Shown piece after piece: positions 22,196 to 30,400 of a stretch of 41,513 nucleotides of DNA. Numbering within the stretch: the first letter of the stretch is position 1; each line of letters starts with the position of its first letter. Source of the DNA: a virus; IMG/VR virus record IMGVR_UViG_3300045988_114077, positions 1 to 41,513 of that record. One strand, given 5' to 3'. Made by a program: the position numbers and the translations under genes. The notes under the pieces are model-generated. The model was not told the origin of the DNA. It saw only the letters and a program-made list of their open reading frames with translations, and made no database searches.

Positions 22196-23608
22196 ATGGC
22201 AGAAGTAGACAGCAAACTGGCGAGTGAATTTATCGCCAGCCCCAGTCATCAGAATGGCAGAAAATACCCGATTACACGGGTGACCATCCACCACACGGCC
22301 ACGGTTACCACGGCGCGGGTTACGGCCAACGGCTTCGCCGCGCCCAGCAGGAGGGCATCGGCTACATACTGCGTCGGCAACGACGGCAGCATTGTGCAGT
22401 GCGTCAGGGAATCGGATATGCCGTGGACGAGCAGCAGTTACGACAACGACAACCGGGCAATCACCATCGAGGTGAGCAACAGCGCCAAATACGGCAATTG
22501 GCCGGTAGGCGAAAAAGCCATGGAGGCGCTGATCAACCTGCTGGTGGACATCTGCCGACGCAATCCCGGCATTGGTCGGCTGCGGTATACCGGCGATTTG
22601 TCGGGAAATTTGACCATGCACAAGTGGTTTGCAAACACACAGTGCCCTGGGCCTTACCTGGAGGAGCGGTTTGAGGAAATCGCCGCAGAGGTCAACAAGC
22701 GGCTGGATGCTATCAATGCGCCGCAGGTTACTACCGTGTACGACCTGACGGCCTCCGGGCTGCCGGAAACGCTGGCCGAGCAAATCGCCGCCGAGCTGAA
22801 ATCTGCGGGCTACACCGCAACGCTGACAGCCCGTGAGGTAAAGCAGGAGCAGACCGGCTACCACAGCATTGCGGGGAAGGCTGTGGCAACGGCAGAGCAG
22901 ATGGTGGCTTACATCAAGGCCAAGCGACCCAATGTGGAGCAGTCGGTCATTGACATAATCCCCCTGTATCTCAGTGAAGGAACGGTTGAGGGCATTTCCG
23001 GGGATATCGCCTTTGCTCAGAGCTGCATCGAGACCGGCAATTTTGCGTTCCCGGCCGAAACCTGCGCCGTGACGCTGGCCCAGAATAATTTTGCCATGAT
23101 GGGCGTGACCGCAACCTTTGCCAAGGGCGAGAGTTTCGCAACGCCTCAGATCGGCATCCGGGCACAAATCCAACATCTCAAGGCGTACGCCAACAGCGAG
23201 GCGCTTGTGGGGGCCTGCGTTGACCCCAGATTCAAGTACGTTGTCCGCGGCTCCGCGCCTTATGTGGAGTGGCTGGGGCAGCCGGACAACCCCCAGGGCA
23301 AGGGCTGGGCCACGGCTAAAGGCTACGGCGCCAGAATTCTGGCCGTGCTGGCGGACATCCGCGGCACCAAGGCCGCCGATGAGCAGCCGTCCGAAGACAA
23401 GCCCGCGGCGGACACGCTGGCAGTCGGTGATCTGGTTACTATGCAGGGCGGTGCGCCGGTATATGGGCGGAACCGTGAGTTTGCGAGCTGGGTATACAGT
23501 AAGAAACTGTATGTCCGGGCGATTGTCGGGGACCGGATCACGGTGAGTATCTACAGGTCCGGGGCAATTACGGGCAACGTGCATCGGAAATATCTGACCA
23601 AAATTTAA
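22196..23608 (+). CDS. Bifunctional endolysin: N-acetylmuramoyl-L-alanine amidase, glucosaminidase and an SH3-like domain
   Basis: RVTIHHTAT...AITIEV...MHKWFANTQCPG is Amidase_2-like. The central FAQSCIETGNF...NNFAMMG is glucosaminidase-like. The C-terminus is a small beta-rich domain. Confidence 0.85.
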   Translation: MAEVDSKLASEFIASPSHQNGRKYPITRVTIHHTATVTTARVTANGFAAPSRRASATYCVGNDGSIVQCVRESDMPWTSSSYDNDNRAITIEVSNSAKYGNWPVGEKAMEALINLLVDICRRNPGIGRLRYTGDLSGNLTMHKWFANTQCPGPYLEERFEEIAAEVNKRLDAINAPQVTTVYDLTASGLPETLAEQIAAELKSAGYTATLTAREVKQEQTGYHSIAGKAVATAEQMVAYIKAKRPNVEQSVIDIIPLYLSEGTVEGISGDIAFAQSCIETGNFAFPAETCAVTLAQNNFAMMGVTATFAKGESFATPQIGIRAQIQHLKAYANSEALVGACVDPRFKYVVRGSAPYVEWLGQPDNPQGKGWATAKGYGARILAVLADIRGTKAADEQPSEDKPAADTLAVGDLVTMQGGAPVYGRNREFASWVYSKKLYVRAIVGDRITVSIYRSGAITGNVHRKYLTKI

Positions 23609-23621
23609 GGAGAGAAAAATC

Positions 23622-23870
23622 ATGACCGAACTGAAAGATACCATTGATGGAATGACAAGCCAGGACTACAAGGAGCGATTCAAGGCCGAGTATCAGCAGG
23701 TGAAAATCCGGTACGACAAACTGGATGCAATGACCGTAAAGTATGAGGCCGGAACGCTGCCGTTCACCCCTAATTGCCCTCTTGATCTTCTGAAGGAGCA
23801 GAAGAAACACATGGGCAACTACATTCGCTGCCTGAAAATCCGAGCTGAGATTGAGGGCATTACGCTTTAA
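23622..23870 (+). CDS. Hypothetical protein of the lysis module (82 aa)
   Basis: SD AAGGAGAG. The KERFKAEYQQVKIRYDKLDAM pattern is recalled from other Firmicutes phages. Confidence 0.6.
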   Translation: MTELKDTIDGMTSQDYKERFKAEYQQVKIRYDKLDAMTVKYEAGTLPFTPNCPLDLLKEQKKHMGNYIRCLKIRAEIEGITL

Positions 23871-23880
23871 GGAGGCAGCC

Positions 23881-24117
23881 GTGGAAACGATTATCGCATC
23901 TATTATTTCCGCCGTGCTTACCGGCGGGCTGACGCTGGTCGGCGTCATGATCTCCAACAACAAGACCCAGGCGGTCATGGAGACCCGGGTGGACGAGCTG
24001 ACCCGGGAGGTCCGGGAGCACAACAACTTCGCAAAGCGGATGCCCGTGGTGGAGGAGCAGATCAAAGTTATCAATCATAGGATTGAGGACTTGGAAGAGT
24101 ACCACAAACCCAACTAA
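23881..24117 (+). CDS. BhlA/XhlA-like holin-associated protein (N-terminal TM plus coiled coil)
   Basis: GTG start with AAGGAGG upstream. ETIIASIISAVLTGGLTLVGVMI is a TM helix. Confidence 0.55.
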   Translation: METIIASIISAVLTGGLTLVGVMISNNKTQAVMETRVDELTREVREHNNFAKRMPVVEEQIKVINHRIEDLEEYHKPN

Positions 24118-24136
24118 TTTTAAGGAGGACAAACAA

Positions 24137-24406
24137 ATGGAATTTCTGAACACTTACATCGTTCCCGTCATCGTGGGCCTGTGTCTGGTGGTGGGGTATC
24201 TCATCAAGCATGTGACCAGCGCCGACAATCGGTGGATTCCGGTTGTTGTGGCCGTGCTGGGCGTTGCGTTGGCCGTATGGCTGAACTGGTCTGCCATTAC
24301 CCCGGAGGTAATTCTGGGCGGCGCGGTGTCCGGTCTGGCCTCCACCGGCCTGCATCAGGCGTTTAAGCAGTGGATTGATAAAGGCGAAATCGTCAAGGAG
24401 GAATAA
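24137..24406 (+). CDS. Holin
   Basis: 89 aa. Hydrophobic helices (YIVPVIVGLCLVVGYLI, IPVVVAVLGVALAVWL) and a charged tail. SD AAGGAGG. Confidence 0.7.
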   Translation: MEFLNTYIVPVIVGLCLVVGYLIKHVTSADNRWIPVVVAVLGVALAVWLNWSAITPEVILGGAVSGLASTGLHQAFKQWIDKGEIVKEE

Positions 24407-24413
24407 GGAGTAA

Positions 24414-24650
24414 ATGGACAGACCCGGCCTGAATCGGGTGGTCATCGCGGAATTTGACCGGCTGGCGTTTCTCACGCCGCTGGAAATGGAAATTTTGACC
24501 ACCCGTGCCGCCGGGAAGAGCCAGAAATGGCAGGAGAGGAATCTCCATGTGTCCCTTGCAACAATCACCAGAACCGTTCAACGGCTGCAACGGAAATACG
24601 ATGCGGTCAAGGAGTATAGTGCCACACTTCCGGACGATCTGATGATTTAA
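24414..24650 (+). CDS. Small sigma-70 region-4 / LuxR-like HTH protein
   Basis: LTPLEMEILTTRAAGKSQKWQERNLHVSLATITRTVQRLQRKY. Confidence 0.55.
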   Translation: MDRPGLNRVVIAEFDRLAFLTPLEMEILTTRAAGKSQKWQERNLHVSLATITRTVQRLQRKYDAVKEYSATLPDDLMI

Positions 24651-24667
24651 TGACGAATTTCAGAGGG

Positions 24668-24708
24668 AAACCGGGCGTTTAGGTGATGAGCCAAACGCCC
24701 GGTTTTTT
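24668..24708 (+). terminator. Strong intrinsic terminator at the end of the late operon
   Basis: aaaccgggcgttt N12 aaacgcccggttt, with a T6 run. Confidence 0.8.
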
Positions 24709-24762
24709 GGTATGCTATAGACAGAAGGTGGCCACCTCCAATCTATTTTAGGAGGCTTCTGT

Positions 24763-25215
24763 ATGTCTTTGAATTTCACAGCCGCTGACCGCGTGGGCGG
24801 TATCGGCGGATACATCGGCGGCATTGCTACCCTGCTGGGGATGGCAAACGGCGGTGTAATCAACAACGGCAACTGCGAGGGAGACCACGTGGTGAACCGG
24901 TATGAGGCTGGGCAGTCCGCAGAGATTGCCGCTCTGAAAGCGGACCTCAAACTGCGGGATGCCAACACCTACACCGAACAAAAGATGGTGGAAGTGTACA
25001 AGTACGTTGATGGCCGTCTGCGTGATGTGGAGGGGCAGCTTTCCACACAGGCGGTTGTCAATGCGCAGGTGACCGCGAATCTCAGCTGTATGCAGAATAC
25101 GCTGAACACGCTGGCCGGAATGACCAAGACGGTCATTCCCATCAACAACGTGTGCCCGGAGCCTATGCAGCGGTACAACAGCTGGACGGCTCCCACCGCC
25201 GCGGCTGGCGGCTAA
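24763..25215 (+). CDS. Hypothetical Gly-zipper / coiled-coil protein (150 aa)
   Basis: GGIGGYIGGIATLLGMANGG, then a helical region. SD TAGGAGG. Confidence 0.6.
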   Translation: MSLNFTAADRVGGIGGYIGGIATLLGMANGGVINNGNCEGDHVVNRYEAGQSAEIAALKADLKLRDANTYTEQKMVEVYKYVDGRLRDVEGQLSTQAVVNAQVTANLSCMQNTLNTLAGMTKTVIPINNVCPEPMQRYNSWTAPTAAAGG

Positions 25216-25261
25216 GCAAGTCTAAAGGGGCGGCAGCAGCCGCCCCGGTTTGGAGGAAGAC

Positions 25262-25594
25262 ATGATCTCAAAAGAACGGTTTGTAAATGGAGCGGCAAAC
25301 TATGTCGAGCGTGAAGTTCTCCCCCACCTTCCGGAGCTGAAGGCTCTGGCGGTGGCGGGGGTTGTGGCACTGTATGCCCAGAAGCTCCCGCAGATAATGG
25401 ACGGGCTTGAAAAGATTCCGGCTGTGAAAGTGCTTGGGGTTATTCAGGACGGCATGATCGACGAGGACGCACTTTACAATGCGTTTGCTCCCAAGATTCG
25501 GAAACCGCTTGAGTTAGACATACCGCTTGTCGGCAAGCTGTCCTTTGACCGGGCAGAAGTTGACAAGCTGCTGAAATATGTGAAGGAGGCATAA
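25262..25594 (+). CDS. Hypothetical protein (110 aa)
   Basis: ATG at 25262 with GGAGG upstream. Confidence 0.55.
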   Translation: MISKERFVNGAANYVEREVLPHLPELKALAVAGVVALYAQKLPQIMDGLEKIPAVKVLGVIQDGMIDEDALYNAFAPKIRKPLELDIPLVGKLSFDRAEVDKLLKYVKEA

Positions 25595-25596
25595 GC

Positions 25597-25908
25597 ATGG
25601 AAGATATCAAATGCCTGATGCGCCACGTCAGGGAAGAAGTGGCGGACGCAAAGCACTATATAAAGGACGCTCTGGCCGTGAAGGCCACGAACCCGGAGAC
25701 GGCAGACCTTTACTACCGGCTTTCCGGGGAGGAGCTGACCCACATGAACGCCCTGCACAAGGATGTTGTGCGGCTGATCGATGACTACCGGCGGGAGAAA
25801 GGCGATGCGCCGGAGGGTATGATGGCGCTGTACAAGTACCTGCACGAGGAGGCCGTGGAGGAAGCGGAGCGGGTTTCGGTGCTGCGGGAGATGTATAAAA
25901 AGATGTGA
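25597..25908 (+). CDS. Hypothetical helical-bundle protein (103 aa)
   Basis: Tightly packed after the previous gene. Composition is helical. Confidence 0.55.
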   Translation: MEDIKCLMRHVREEVADAKHYIKDALAVKATNPETADLYYRLSGEELTHMNALHKDVVRLIDDYRREKGDAPEGMMALYKYLHEEAVEEAERVSVLREMYKKM

Positions 25909-25923
25909 CACACATTTCCTTGC

Positions 25924-25978
25924 GTTACAGACCGTGACCGTTTATGTTACAAATATTCTTGTTACAGATATGTTACAA
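25924..25978 (+). repeat. Four direct GTTACA(A/G)A repeats (candidate integrase arm-type sites, P arm)
   Basis: GTTACAG at 25924 and 25961; GTTACAA at 25946 and 25972. Confidence 0.6.
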
Positions 25979-26103
25979 ACTGGCGTGAAGCAGGGCGAAC
26001 CTGCGTGAACCTACAATGTAAAAATCTGTGGATTTTTTCGAATTTTTATTATTTTTTGAATTTTTTCATGCAAAAACGGCTTAGAAACTGCTTCACACGC
26101 ATG

Positions 26104-26136
26104 AGGTCACAGGTTCGAGTCCCGTAGTCTCCACCA
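26104..26136 (+). other. tRNA 3' fragment ending in CCA; probable attP core
   Basis: acagg-ttcgagt-cccgt T arm (one A-C mismatch), agtctcc acceptor strand, then a-cca. No 5' half lies upstream. An AT-rich bendable tract precedes it. Confidence 0.6.
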
Positions 26137-26140
26137 AAAA

Positions 26141-26174
26141 GCACCTAGAAAGCGCAAGTTTCTAGGTGCTTTTC
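26141..26174 (+). terminator. Intrinsic terminator directly after the tRNA fragment
   Basis: gcacctagaaa N7 tttctaggtgc, then tttt. Confidence 0.7.
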
Positions 26175-26225
26175 ATTTGTTTTTCGAACTTTTTGAAGCT
26201 GGTTTTTCAATGGCGGATGTTGGCT

Positions 26226-26246
26226 GTTACAAACCCGTTACAAACC
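26226..26246 (+). repeat. Two more direct GTTACAAACC repeats (P' arm)
   Basis: Copies at 26226-26235 and 26237-26246. The second overlaps the integrase stop. Confidence 0.6.
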
Positions 26247-27341
26247 GTGAGAGAATATGTCTTTCTGGTTGATAGCGTTCAGAATGTCGGATGGGTCCAG
26301 GTGGGTGTAAAATTTATCGGTAGTAGACAGGTCGGAATGACCTACCATGCGGCGGAGAAGCTGAGGGTTGACGCCTGCTTTTGTGGCCTTGGTGATGAAG
26401 GTATGGCGGCAGTCATAGGGCGTGTAGGCCGGAAGGTTCAGCTCCTGCATGAGTTCCTTCCATTCCCGCTTGACGTAGTTTGCATAGGTGTGGTTCCCGC
26501 TGTAGCCGTCTATGAGTTTCGGTTTCCCGGATGCCGCGGAAAGGATTTCATGATACGCGGAAAGCCCAAGCTGGGAAACGGCAATGACACGGTTTTTTCC
26601 TGCTTTTGTCTTGCTGCCCCCAACAAAATAGGTAGTGGTGCAATCTGCCGTAGCCGCCTGAAACAGTTCGTTTGGGCGGCAGCCGGTGGCAAGCAGGATC
26701 AGGGCGATTTTTGCGGCTGGGTTTTCGGACTTCTTCATTGCGTCTATCGCCTCATCAGGGAAGACAAGTCCGTCACTCTTCTGCGCTGCGGCAATGGTAC
26801 AGTAGCGTGCGCGGTTGACCTGCTGGATTTCCTCCAATACAGCCCAGTCGGAAAGCTGCCCGAAAAGCTGCAACACCTTTTCACAGGTGGACTTGGACTT
26901 CCCTTCCTGCTCCAGGCGGATGATAACAGCTTGGAATTCAGAGCGCCGGATGGTACGAAATTTCCGGTCGTGCAGTTCTTTGCAGTTGGAAAAGGCGGTT
27001 TTGTATGAGCCTTGGCCGTGGACGCTTATCGTCCGGTCGTGCTCTGGCTTCCATGCTTCGTAAATCTGTTTGAAGGTCCAGTTATACTTTTCTGTGATTG
27101 TGGCGTCTGTGAGGCGCTCAAGGGCTTTGACGGCATCTGTGCGGGTTTCATATGTGCCAATCAGTTGGCCGCCCTTGCGAACCACCCAGGGCTTGCGGCG
27201 TGAACCGGAGAGTTTTGAGATGTTGCCGGTTCCATTGGGACGTTTGCGGGTCTTTCGGGGCTGGGAAAGCTGCTTCTTTCCGCAATAAGGGCAGAAGACA
27301 GCATTCTCCGGCAGCTCCTTCTTGCATTTCTGACAGAGCAT
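26238..27341 (-). CDS. int: Tyrosine integrase with an N-terminal zinc ribbon
   Basis: MLCQKCKKELPENAVFCPYCGKK N-terminus. C-term CRHTFITKA...MVGHSDLSTTDKFYTHL gives the HxxR and Y catalytic motifs. Confidence 0.9.
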   Translation of the reverse strand: MLCQKCKKELPENAVFCPYCGKKQLSQPRKTRKRPNGTGNISKLSGSRRKPWVVRKGGQLIGTYETRTDAVKALERLTDATITEKYNWTFKQIYEAWKPEHDRTISVHGQGSYKTAFSNCKELHDRKFRTIRRSEFQAVIIRLEQEGKSKSTCEKVLQLFGQLSDWAVLEEIQQVNRARYCTIAAAQKSDGLVFPDEAIDAMKKSENPAAKIALILLATGCRPNELFQAATADCTTTYFVGGSKTKAGKNRVIAVSQLGLSAYHEILSAASGKPKLIDGYSGNHTYANYVKREWKELMQELNLPAYTPYDCRHTFITKATKAGVNPQLLRRMVGHSDLSTTDKFYTHLDPSDILNAINQKDIFSHGL

Positions 27342-27397
27342 ATTGGGGTTCCTTTCTGTGTGTGTGGCTGCACGGTAATACAGCGGCTTGCAACATG

Positions 27398-27426
27398 AGT
27401 GTAACACGGTCAGAAACAGATGTAAA
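27398..27426 (-). promoter_or_regulatory. Candidate integrase promoter TTTACA-17-TACACT
   Basis: Read from the reverse complement. Confidence 0.4.
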
Positions 27427-27440
27427 TATGGAAAAGCGTA

Positions 27441-27474
27441 CAAAAATCCCGGTCTGCGGTGGGCAGGCCGGGAC
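27441..27474 (-). terminator. Intrinsic terminator after the 1951-aa gene
   Basis: Minus strand: tcccgg N15 ccggga, then tttttg. Confidence 0.55.
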
Positions 27475-27482
27475 TTTTCGGA

Positions 27483-30400
27483 TTAATAGTTCTCTTCGAT
27501 GAACTCCGCAATAGCTGCCTTGGTTTTATTTCCGCTGCCAGCATAGATGTGGTACAGCTGCTCGGCCATTTTCTTGTCAAAGCCCAGGTCGATAATACCC
27601 TGAACCTTATCATCCTTCAGGGACTTCCCGTCTCCGTCTGTGTCCGAATACAGGTAGGCATAATAGGTGTCGGCGTACTCCTTGGCAGAGAGACCCAGTT
27701 CCTTGCGGATGTAATCGTACTTGACCTCTGTCTTGTCGGGTTCCTTATCTTTCGGATCATAGTCCGGCATATAGAGCTTCATTGCGGTATCCAACTGAGC
27801 ATCGGAAAGCCCCTTGGTGGAGGCGACGCTTTGGAGCTGCACGGGCCGCTTGCCACGGTTCTTTTCCGGGATGGACTGGACAGCCTTAATAATGGACAGC
27901 GTTGTATCGGAAGCAAAGCCGCTGTTCCGGGCCTCAAGATAAATCCTGGTGTTGCCGCTGGACTTTTCAAGAACGGATTTCTTGGTGATACCAGGCATTT
28001 TGGAAATGGTGTCGTAGACGGCGTTCAGGGTGTCCGTAGCTTTCTTTGTGTCGTTCCCCAACTCCCATGCCTTTTCCAGGTCCCCTACTGCGGATGTGGC
28101 GTTGGATTTCAGAACATCACGGACGGTGTTAAAGACGATGGAGGTCTTTCCGCCGTCTTTCGGCACGTCCTTATAGTCTGTGACTGCCGCCCGGGCGAAC
28201 TGGGCGCCGTATTCCTTGGCCTTTTGCAACGCCTCCGCCTTCATCTCATCGGAGAGGTTATCAAAGCTGGCGTTTTTCAGAAGACCATCGTAGTACTCCT
28301 TGACGCGTTTGCCGTATTCCTTCTGGTAAGTTTCCCGCTGCTCTGCCGTGAGCTGCACATCCTCGCCGGAAGCGTCCTTGACCTTCAGCGGGGCCTGACG
28401 CTCGGGGTAGATGTTCTTGACGTCCGGGTTCTGGCTCAGTTCGTCAAGAGACTGGGCGGTTTTGTCCAGCTGGAGGCGGTGGGTATTGGTGGGGTCTAAG
28501 AAGTTGGAGACGAAACCGCCTCGCTTCTGCTCCTGCCCGAAGCCGTTGACCTTCTTCGGAAGCGTTTCGGAAGCGCCTGGAATCGCGTTCAGAATGCTGT
28601 TCTTGGCGTACTCGGCAGAATCCTTTCCACGGGTATCCCGATAATAGCCGTCCATAGTCTGAGCGGTTTGGCGGACAAACTGGGGGACAAAGGAGCTTGC
28701 CACATTGCCGCCGTACTCGGCGAGGGCGTTTTTCAAATCGCCTGTATCGCCGGATTTGACGGCATCGTAACCGTTGGAAAGCATGTCCTGGAGCTGCGTC
28801 AGACCGTCCATCATGGGGCTGTCCATAAAGGAGGAAACCGCAGAAGGGAAAGCGCTCTTTGCGTAGGCTTTTCCGACCCCCGCAAGGTTGGAGGACGGGT
28901 TCGCCATGAATTCCTTCACAGCATCGTCCTGGGCCAGCTCTACAGCAAGATACATCTGAGTATTGAATGGCTCCAGAAAATCCAGGCTTGTAACAACGTC
29001 CCCAGTTTGCCATTTCTCACTTCCACCTTCGGACGCACGGCCCAGAGCGGACCAGTTGATCTGAGCGCCGCTGAGACCTTGAGACTGGTCAAGGGCCTTT
29101 TTGTTTTTGTCGGAATCGTCATGAACCTGGATAATCCCGTTCGCCGCTGCGGTGGTCATGATGCCGATGAATGCAAGGCCGGTCATTCCACGCCCGAAAT
29201 CGCTGGCAGCCTGACGCTGGCGGGCTACGCTGATTTCCTTCCCGTGTCGTGCGTCGTGGATAATACGGGCGATTTCAATCGCGCCCTTGCCAACACCGGC
29301 AGTATAGTCAATACCGGTCTGCGCTACGTTCATGGGAACGCTGGCGAACGGCATTACCACATCTCCGACAGCCTTTGTAAAAGGCTCCGCGTCTGTGCCC
29401 TTGCCGATGTTCTTCATCTGCTGGGCAACGCGGGAGAGGTTGGAACCGTGGGTTTTGCCGTTTTCTTCCCAGGTGGCATCCTTGAAAGTGCGGCGGTTTG
29501 CTGTAAATTCCGCAAGCTCCGAAATGTCCGCGTCGCTGAGGTTGGAGTTTTTCAGACGGTTTAGACTGTCCGTAACGGCAGCGTTGGTGCCGCCCTCGAA
29601 TACTTTATCGGAGACTTCCAGGGCATAGCTCATATACTTCTGGTAGCCGTAGAGAACACGCATTGCAACATTGCCGTTGGAGCGGAAGGTTTTGCCGATG
29701 TATTTCCCGCTTCCGTTGGCACCGGTCGCGGAATCGAAAGCGGCGTTGGCATCCGTTTCAATGGGGACATTCAGCTCCACACACAGAGAAGCAAAGTCCA
29801 TAGAATCCTTGGCTGCGCTGAGATACTTACCGGGGAGCTTCAAGTCGTTGCCGACTGTGCGCTTCCCGGTGGCCTTGGCCATCAGGGAATCCACGAAGCG
29901 GCCTCCGATACTGTCACTGAAGGAATCCAAAAGGCCGGTGGCACTGTTGCCAGCAAGGTTCCGTTCAAATGTTTTCAGCGAGGAAAGCATTCCCTGCTTC
30001 CGCAAACCCTCCGCGATTTCCATTTTTCCGCGGGCACGGAAATCATCCGGCATGGCGGCGATCTGGGTGTTGGCGATTTTCTTCAGGGTATCGAAGTCCA
30101 GTTTGTTCAGAATGCGCTGGGCGTTTTTCGTAAGACGGCTGGACGTGCCGAACCATGCGGTGGTTTTCCGGGACTGGGCAATCTGGCGGATCACGTCACG
30201 CATAGCCTTGGTATCGCCCTCGGGAACGCTGTCAACGGCCATGGCGATACGGGTATACTCCTGCGTGACGTTGTTCTGCCACTGCTCGAAGGTGGGGCCG
30301 TTCTTGGTTTTCTTATAGGTGGTATCGCCCTGATCCATGGCAAGGAAGCGGGCGGTGGCGGATTCAGAGGCGGACATGGGGTCGGATGCGTCTTTCATTG

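Noticed and set aside
12955-25908. Genome-wide TAG recoding, suggested by the CUA tRNA-like gene
   Set aside because: All late genes are intact long ORFs under the standard code and terminate in TAA or TGA. No conserved gene appears broken at an in-frame TAG.
26041-26136. A complete tRNA gene next to the integrase
   Set aside because: Only the T arm, the 3' acceptor strand and the CCA are present. No complementary 5' acceptor strand (GGAGACT) or D arm lies upstream.
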